A stretch of DNA of 64,000 nt from Lama guanicoe (lineage: Eukaryota), in NCBI GenBank assembly GCA_013239625.1, contig MU056703.1:981185-1045184 (forward strand), read 5' to 3'. Positions within the stretch are counted from its first letter, which is position 1; each line of letters starts with the position of its first letter. Under the pieces are notes generated by a model. It did no database searches. It had not been told where the DNA came from and saw only the letters and a list, made by a program, of their open reading frames with translations. Of this stretch, positions 38,801 through 64,000 are shown piece by piece. The position numbers were made by a program, and so were the translations under genes.

Positions 38801-41800
38801 GTCACGCGGCCGCGCAGCCTCGCTCAGGTCTGGGAGCACAGACGGGCTAGAAAGAACGGAGAGCCAGTGAGGCTGTGCCCCGCCAGCGCCCGGCCTGCAG
38901 TTGGCTGGCAGCTCTCGCTGCAGAAGGCATCCATGTGTCTTTTCTGGGAACGCCCGGCGGGCTCTCCCAGGCCAGCTGGGCGGCAGGGCCGACTTCCCCT
39001 TCCTGGGCTGCACGTGTGCTCACACCGGCGTCTCGGGGAGTTGACCGCACGGCCCTTCTGCTTCCTGCATAAAGCAGACGCACGACAAGGGGTAAACGCG
39101 TGTGCGCAAAGCCGTGGTATGGTGCCTGGAGCAGGTATCGCTGTCGTGGTACCTGCTGTCACTTCCCAAAACACAGTTGGGGTTATGGCCAGGATGGGAC
39201 GGGCTTCTCTGTGGGCACAGCGTGTGGTCCTGGTGCCTTCGGGCGCTAGCCCCTGGGAGGCTGCAGGGTTCGGAAGCGCCTGCTGGGCAGAGCGGCGCAG
39301 CTCCTCGGCTGCTTAGGGCTGTCGACTTGCCCGCTGCGGCCACGGCCCCCGACAGTGGTTACGGCTACGTCATCTGTCTCCCGATGCTGCAGCCCCGGAG
39401 GCGTCGCTGGCGGGTCTGCGCCATCCCTGGTCCGCCATCCTCGGGGCGCAGAGTTTAGTCCAGGTGGCCACTCGTCGGCCGTAGGCACTGGGCGGGGGAG
39501 GGGAGGCCGGCCGTGCCTTGACAGCACTTGCTGAGACAGCTGTGGTGGTCCCCCTGTTGGCTGTTGCTTTGTTCAGGTTTTGTTCTCACGCTGAGATGTG
39601 AACGTGTGTGTTTTGCACGTCATTTACTTTGTTGTCTACACACAGAGCGCCCTGTTTTAGCATCACGGTCATGGTTGTCTGCACGCCACGTCTTTCAACA
39701 GGTGCTCCGTGAACGCGACCCCTCAGCAGATGTTGCGGGCGGGGACGGCGGTGGACACGTTCGTGCGGAGCCTGGGTCGGAGCCAGAAGGAGCGGAAGCC
39801 CGTGCGCCCCCACATCGTGGAGGTGCGGAGCGTCCCCGTAAACGCAGCAGGCCTGCCTCATGCTCGCTCAGAGCTTCCCAGGTGAGTTTGGCGATTTTCT
39901 CATTTGTGCTGGAAACGTTGTTTTCAGAGACCTGCCCTCGGCGGAAGCTCCCCAGTGATGAGGAGGCTGGTGACGGTGAGTCCCCCCACGAGACCCCCTC
40001 ATCCCGCCGCCCCTGAGGCCCGAGCGCTGTTGGCGTGGACGCGCGCAGGTGCTGGTCCTCACATCTGGTCCTCGTTTAAACTCGCCCCCCTCCCCGGGCC
40101 CTGCGGTCCCTGCCGCACCCTTGGCACAGTCGCCTGTGGCGTGAACGGTGCGGTCACGTGGTTGGGGTATTTTGTTTTCGCCTTAAGGTGCGAGGTTGTG
40201 TGGTGACAGCCGCCAGGGGCTGCTCCCCGCGGGGACGTGGCTGTGCGGCCTGGGCCCAGGTGAGCAGGGGTCCAGTGACCCGCCCGTCTTCCCCCAGGAG
40301 CCCACCTTCACGCCCTGCCAGGTGAAGACGCACTTCCTGCTGCCCTTCCCCGTCAGCTACGTGGCCGAGTGTGTCAGGACCGCCCCGTACTCGCACCCGG
40401 ACCACGCCAGGTACGGCGCCCGGGCGGTCGCAGGGCTGCTTGGCTCGCGTGTCGCTTCTTTCCTCGTTCACAGGATCCGAACTCGCGCTGCAGGCCCTCG
40501 AATAGCGGCCTGTTTCTCCTGCTGAACAGGGAGGTGTAGGTTTAAAACACAGGAGTGACTAGAGGCCTGACCCACCCCGGGGAGTGGGGTTGCAGCCTGT
40601 TCCCTCTCTGCTTTGTACGTCGAATTTCCCAGCAGTGAAACGTGTGCCTCTGTAACAGAGAAAGAGCGGAGATGTCTAAGGAGAGGCGTGTGGAGGGTGG
40701 ACCCCGTCTGCCGGGGGCAGAGCCCGCCGGCGCAGCCGGGCCCCCCTCCCCGGGCCCCCCTCCTCCCCTCAGCCCGTGCCGCCTGCTGTGATTCAGGAAA
40801 GCCTGGTCCCCTCTCCCCAGCTGTCCGGCCACCCAGGCCTGTCTGACAGTGGGTCTTCCTCACCTTCCAGTTTTTAGAAAGACGAGCACGGTGTGTCAAT
40901 CACTGCCCGAGACTTCACCCAGCAGCACACTCGGCCGCCTCGGGGCCACCTGTCGTGCACAGTACTGGGCGGTGACAACTTGCCGTCCTCGCTCGTTTCA
41001 GTCTGAAGGTCCTGGCACGCCTGATGACCGCTAAGTTCTTGCACACGGAGATCCGAGAGAAGGGCGGTGCTTACGGCGGAGGCGCTAAGCTCAGCTACGG
41101 CGGGCTGTTCACGCTGTACTCCTACAGGTGGGTCTCCGGCCGCCCGGCGGGTGGGCACGGGGTGGGCTCCGGGACCGCTGTCTTCATTGGTTGGCATTTA
41201 ACCACACCCAGCGGTGTCCTTTTGGTTGCTGTCTTAGGGACAGCAGGAGGTGACAGGGAACCCTTGGCCCAAAAGCTTTCGGGGGCTGGGCCTGTCCTCA
41301 GAGCACAGACGGCTCCTGCCCTTTCGACCCTGCTGCCTGAGGGCACGACTCTGACCCCTCGGAGAAGGGAGGTCTCGGCCCCACTGGCTCCTGTCTCTGC
41401 TCTCGGTGGCCTTGTCCTGGGACACGTGCTGGACGTGATCGACAGGACAGAAAAAGGCCTTTCCCACAAGATGCACCCCACACCCGCCCCCATGCACACG
41501 TGGACAACAGGCCTGGGGCTCTCCTTCCACTCATTTGGGGGTCCCTCAACCTGGCCCTGCTCGGGGTGATCATTAGACCACCCTGGTGCATCTTCTCTTC
41601 CTTCCAGTCACTTGACCTGCCCTCTTTCTGGGCCAGAGGGGTATTTCGGACTCTGGGGCGCAGCTTGGGGGATGGGCCAGGTCTCCAGGGAGAGCATGTG
41701 GTGGCTTGTGCAGATCCCACGGCGTCGGCTGTTGGGGGCCGTCTGGACAGAGTGTTGAAGGGTGGCCGCCCCTGTGTTCCCGCTGGTAAGCGAGCGTGGT

Positions 41801-42481
41801 TCTGACTCCCTGGTCTCCCAGGGACCCCCGTTCCACGGAAACGCTGCAGTCTTTTATGAAGGCCGTGGACTGGGCCAGGTCTGGGCGGTTCACGCAGCAG
41901 GACATCGATGAGGCGAAGTTGTCCGTCTTCTCGGCCGTGGACTCCCCCGTGGCTCCGTCAGACAGAGGTACGTGGTGTGAGTAACGGCACGGGGGCCCCC
42001 CCACCCCGTGATGCACACCCCGGCGTCTGCCCCTGCATGAGGATGGGGCTCGTGGTCTCAGACCCCAGTCAGGGAGGAGACTGCCGTGCAGGCAGGTGAC
42101 GGTCCACGGTGTGACCTTTGGTGGAAACGGGCCATAAGTGACTGGGGAAGGGTCAGTGCTCCAGGCGGCCTCCCTCACCCGCGCTCCCGCCAGGGCTGGA
42201 CCACTTCCTGTACGGCCTTTCGGACGAGATGAAGCAGAAGCACCGTGAGCAGCTCTTCGCCGTCCACCGCGAAGCCCTGGTCGACGTGAGCACCAGGTGA
42301 GGGGAGCCGAGTGGCTTGGGGTTGGGGCCTTGACCCCCAACCCCGCGAGCGCCTGCCTGACCCCGTCTGCCTGCCCGCCCGCTGCAGGTACCTGGGCCCC
42401 GGGAGGAGCACGCACGGCCTGGCGCTGCTGGGGCCGGACAGCGCGCGGACCGCGAAGGACCCGTCGTGGATAGTGAGATAG
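20783..42481 (+). CDS. PITRM1: Presequence protease, mitochondrial (pitrilysin metallopeptidase 1); complete 27-exon CDS, 1027 aa
   Basis: join(20783-20835,22579-22681,24414-24520,24770-24921,25343-25457,25536-25632,26204-26364,27135-27261,27530-27618,28268-28396,28968-29081,29266-29362,30045-30179,31336-31474,35180-35296,36433-36565,37532-37652,37777-37853,38072-38237,38435-38535,39702-39822,39928-39975,40298-40410,41002-41127,41822-41967,42194-42296,42388-42481). All introns are GT-AG and the sum is 3084 nt, in frame. Arg-rich N-terminus ([18 protein letters not shown]), inverted zinc motif [15 protein letters not shown] and [11 protein letters not shown] are typical of M16C peptidases. Confidence 0.97.
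20941..21076. repeat. 30-bp GC-rich minisatellite (~4.5 copies) in PITRM1 intron 1
   Basis: Unit TGGGGCTCCCGCACCCGCGGACCCCTCGCC at 20941, 20971 (variant), 20999, 21029, 21059 (partial). Confidence 0.9.
22579..22681 (+). CDS. PITRM1: PITRM1 exon 2
   Basis: [34 protein letters not shown]; tandem CAGCAG acceptor; donor gtacgc. Confidence 0.9.
24414..24520 (+). CDS. PITRM1: PITRM1 exon 3
   Basis: [35 protein letters not shown]; AG/GT flanks. Confidence 0.95.
24770..24921 (+). CDS. PITRM1: PITRM1 exon 4 (HXXEH zinc-binding motif at 24813-24827)
   Basis: [50 protein letters not shown]. Confidence 0.97.
25343..25457 (+). CDS. PITRM1: PITRM1 exon 5
   Basis: [37 protein letters not shown]; donor gtaag. 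Confidence 0.96.
25536..25632 (+). CDS. PITRM1: PITRM1 exon 6
   Basis: [32 protein letters not shown]; donor gtgag. Confidence 0.96.
26204..26364 (+). CDS. PITRM1: PITRM1 exon 7
   Basis: [53 protein letters not shown]. Confidence 0.95.
27135..27261 (+). CDS. PITRM1: PITRM1 exon 8
   Basis: [42 protein letters not shown]. Confidence 0.94.
27530..27618 (+). CDS. PITRM1: PITRM1 exon 9
   Basis: [29 protein letters not shown]; donor gtgag. Confidence 0.93.
28268..28396 (+). CDS. PITRM1: PITRM1 exon 10
   Basis: [42 protein letters not shown]. Confidence 0.95.
28420..28510 (+). mobile_element. MER20-like hAT DNA transposon fragment
   Basis: tttgacagtgtctggacccatcgtgggttgtcacagctgg resembles the MER20 core. 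Confidence 0.5.
28968..29081 (+). CDS. PITRM1: PITRM1 exon 11
   Basis: [37 protein letters not shown]. Confidence 0.94.
29266..29362 (+). CDS. PITRM1: PITRM1 exon 12
   Basis: [32 protein letters not shown]. Confidence 0.93.
29532..29695 (+). mobile_element. tRNA-derived SINE (camelid Vic-1-like) in PITRM1 intron 12
   Basis: GGGGAGGGTATAGCTCAGTGGTAGAG...GGTCCTGGGTTCAATCCCCAG, then an A-rich tail; same family as the 17583 copy. Confidence 0.8.
30045..30179 (+). CDS. PITRM1: PITRM1 exon 13
   Basis: [45 protein letters not shown]; donor gtaag. Confidence 0.95.
31336..31474 (+). CDS. PITRM1: PITRM1 exon 14
   Basis: [46 protein letters not shown]. Confidence 0.94.
32665..33790 (-). mobile_element. 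LINE-1 3' fragment (ORF2 end and 3' UTR, L1M-type) in PITRM1 intron 14
   Basis: gaggaacctccac..., tttccctgatgattagtgatgctgagcatc, ttagtttcaggtgtac are L1 hallmarks; ORF2 C-terminal remnant [19 protein letters not shown]. Confidence 0.85.
34481..34721. repeat. 121-bp tandem duplication in PITRM1 intron 14
   Basis: 34481-34600 and 34602-34721 differ at one base. Confidence 0.93.
35180..35296 (+). CDS. PITRM1: PITRM1 exon 15
   Basis: [38 protein letters not shown]. Confidence 0.94.
36433..36565 (+). CDS. PITRM1: PITRM1 exon 16
   Basis: [43 protein letters not shown]. Confidence 0.95.
37532..37652 (+). CDS. PITRM1: PITRM1 exon 17
   Basis: [40 protein letters not shown]. Confidence 0.94.
37777..37853 (+). 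CDS. PITRM1: PITRM1 exon 18
   Basis: [25 protein letters not shown]. Confidence 0.94.
38072..38237 (+). CDS. PITRM1: PITRM1 exon 19
   Basis: [55 protein letters not shown]. Confidence 0.95.
38435..38535 (+). CDS. PITRM1: PITRM1 exon 20
   Basis: [33 protein letters not shown]. Confidence 0.94.
39702..39822 (+). CDS. PITRM1: PITRM1 exon 21
   Basis: [40 protein letters not shown]. Confidence 0.92.
39928..39975 (+). CDS. PITRM1: PITRM1 exon 22 (short linker exon, 48 nt)
   Basis: ttttcag|[16 protein letters not shown]|gtgag; phase 0-0; ending resembles mammalian QVIRKLVM. Confidence 0.82.
40298..40410 (+). CDS. PITRM1: PITRM1 exon 23
   Basis: [37 protein letters not shown]. Confidence 0.95.
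41002..41127 (+). CDS. PITRM1: PITRM1 exon 24
   Basis: [41 protein letters not shown]. Confidence 0.96.
41822..41967 (+). CDS. PITRM1: PITRM1 exon 25
   Basis: [48 protein letters not shown]. Confidence 0.96.
42194..42296 (+). CDS. PITRM1: PITRM1 exon 26
   Basis: [33 protein letters not shown]. Confidence 0.95.
42388..42481 (+). CDS. PITRM1: PITRM1 exon 27, coding part
   Basis: [30 protein letters not shown]; TAG at 42479-42481. Confidence 0.95.
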
Positions 42482-42708
42482 CGGGGCTGGGCCCCTCCCG
42501 GCCGGCGTGTCACTTCAGTGACCCTTTAAGTTATTGTTTCCCCAGAAATCTCGTCCCATATATATCATGCTTAAAATTTTGCCAAAGGAACCGCCTGGCC
42601 AGTCAGATGAGAACTCTTCTGTCTTGAAGGAGCTAGAGCACTCGTGAAGGAACGGAAGTAATCATGTGCTCAGTGTCGGGGTGCACACACTGCAAGGCCT
42701 TCTAATGG

Positions 42709-42714
42709 TATAAA
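42709..42714 (+). terminator. Candidate variant poly(A) signal of PITRM1 (TATAAA)
   Basis: Only PAS-like hexamer noticed just after the stop; followed by a GT/T-rich tract (ttgtgttgtttt). Confidence 0.45.
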
Positions 42715-43501
42715 TGCTTGTTTTATCTAATTAATCCTAGAACTTGTGTTGTTTTAAACGACACTTTGGTAACATAGTAGTTCTTAGAGCCTTTATGGGG
42801 CATGCACGAAGGGACAGAGGTGTCCCCACACCCACGTCCGCTTACACGGCGCGGGGCCGGGGTCGCGCCTGGAGGACCCTGAGGGGGCGGCGGTGTCACC
42901 CTCCAACCTCGGCTTCGCTCAGGCGTCTGACTCCTCCAGCCCCGCCGTGCCTTCAGACAGAAGCCACCCTGTGCAGCCTGCCCCCCGCCGTCTCCCCGCC
43001 CGGGTCTGGTCCCAGGCTGTGCCCTGACTGTCCCTGGCCCCAGAGAGCAGAGGCAGGACGCTTTCCGTTGCAGACCTGGGCCAGGAGCTCCCTGGCCCCC
43101 AGGAAGCAGGGGTGGCCCCGCAGCCCCTCATGCGGGCCTTGGGGCTGCACGAGGGGCCGGGGAGCCGCCCTCCACGGCCTCAGCGCGGGGCTGGCCTGTG
43201 AACTCTCCTCGGGCTGAAACCACCTCGAGGTCTGTTTCTGCTTTACAGGAGGGGTCACCTCAGCCGCGCCCTGGTGCAGGTCGGTCTCTGCCTTAGCGTT
43301 GCACGCCTGTGTGTCAGAGCCGCCTTCCCTCCTGTGAGAGTGTCCTTGCCTGTGGTCTGGTCAGGGTCCCTCTAAAATACTTGCCAGCACCCCCCGACCT
43401 GCCCAGCAGACCTTTACAGCCGCCTCAGCTCCTGCCTGAGGTTCTCAACTTCCACTTAAAGAGAGAAAAGAAACCGGGCACTGGTGGGAGTTTGGCAGAC
43501 G

Positions 43502-43507
43502 TTTAAT
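43502..43507 (-). terminator. Candidate poly(A) signal of PFKP (ATTAAA)
   Basis: ATTAAA on the - strand ~150 nt after the stop, followed by a T-rich tract. Confidence 0.6.
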
Positions 43508-43658
43508 CTGTGGGACACGCAGGTGCTGAAGCAGGAGACAGGCTGAGACAGTGGACGCCTCGTGCTGGACCCGCAGACGGGCTCTGTGAGCAGGGTTAAC
43601 CGCGCGAGCCTCAAAGTGCTGATAAATAACTTAGACGTTACAAAGCAGGAAGGCGGGT

Positions 43659-62925
<19,267 letters not shown>

Positions 62926-64000
62926 CTGAGGAGGCAGAAGACGAGGACCCTCAAGCGCCTGAGCCAGTCTCAGCGACAGGGCAGGGCCCCTGCCCCAGTG
63001 GGCCACCTCTCTCCAGGGAGAAACGGCCACCGGGCTTCACCAGCGCTGCTCCTGATGGTGCGGCAGGTGAAGCCAGGTGCTCTGGGTGAGCAGGTGGGAC
63101 GGGCCTGGGGACGCAGCAGCTGCCGTGATGTCCCACAGACCCTGACCCCCGACGGCGACGAGCTCGGAGGCTGCACCCTCCCCCCACGAGGCGGGTTCCC
63201 ACTGCAAGCCTGCCCTGTCGTCTCCTTCGGAAGCCAAGCTTCCTGCCACCTCCCTGGGAACCCCGCCCCGCCCCAGCCCGGCAACAAGGCCGGAACTCTC
63301 GGCCTTCGTGGTGGGACAGCGCTGGCCCCAGGCCGGGACACGAGGGATGGGGGCCCCCCACCACAGGAACAGCCAGGCGGGCACCATCCCCACCTGGGGC
63401 CGCTCACAGGCTCACGGCAGTCACCCAGCGATGCCCCAGATTGCTCTCAGTAAGTCTGTTCTCTACAAAGTCCCAGATTAAGGGCCCTCTGGGGGAGGGA
63501 GTGGCACGTGGGGCCGTGGGGCCCAGAGCTGGCAGTGCCTGGGGTGAGCCGCCGGGGAGGCCAGAGGGCGTCAGCCTCGGGGGCTGTTCTGGGGAGGCTC
63601 GGCCCGTCCCGCGCGGGGCGTCACGAACACTCGTGCTGTTGCTTTATGATGAGCATGGAATGTGCCATACTTTGCAGAACGTGAATCAGAAATATCTTCT
63701 AAAAGGTGTAAATATAGCACCACAAGAGTGATTATTTCAGCATCCCTCGAAACAGCAAAAATGGAATCAACAAAGTGCCCACAAACAGGGATGTGCCAGA
63801 CAGATGGGTCCTGCCCGAGGACCCTGACGCCCCGAGCCCTTCCCCGCTTTATGCTGAAGTGTCATCCTGGGATGACAGTCCGGCAGGATGCTTAGAAACC
63901 CTCGCGGTCCTCACTGATAACCAATAAAAACAAATTATAGGCAGACTGGTATCAAGTGTTTGCATCCAAGGAGTTTAAACCGTCAGTCCTGACTCTGCCA

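Overview
GC-rich mammalian genomic DNA, most likely camelid given its tRNA-derived Vic-1-like SINEs. It holds two convergent genes. PITRM1 (mitochondrial presequence protease, M16 family) is complete on the + strand: 27 coding exons, ATG 20783 to TAG 42481, 3084 nt, 1027 aa, with a CpG-island promoter. PFKP (platelet-type 6-phosphofructokinase) is partial on the - strand: exons 8-22 by human numbering, 62925 down to the stop at 43659. The first ~20 kb is intergenic, with MaLR/ERVL LTRs, L1/L2/MIR fragments, microsatellites and a strong CTCF motif. Main finding: the PFKP intron between exons 16 and 17 contains an intact second copy of exon 16 (50549-50701, called 16b here). It has the same 153-nt length and phase, proper splice sites, no stops and ~49% aa identity. 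In it the fructose-2,6-bisphosphate-binding motif TVSNN becomes TTDNN. This predicts a mutually exclusive exon switch, like PKM1/PKM2, giving a PFK1 isoform with altered allosteric control. A CpG island with a CTCF motif and a pyrimidine-rich element flank it as candidate regulators. All exon boundaries were read by hand; repeat subfamily names and human numbering come from memory, not database searches.
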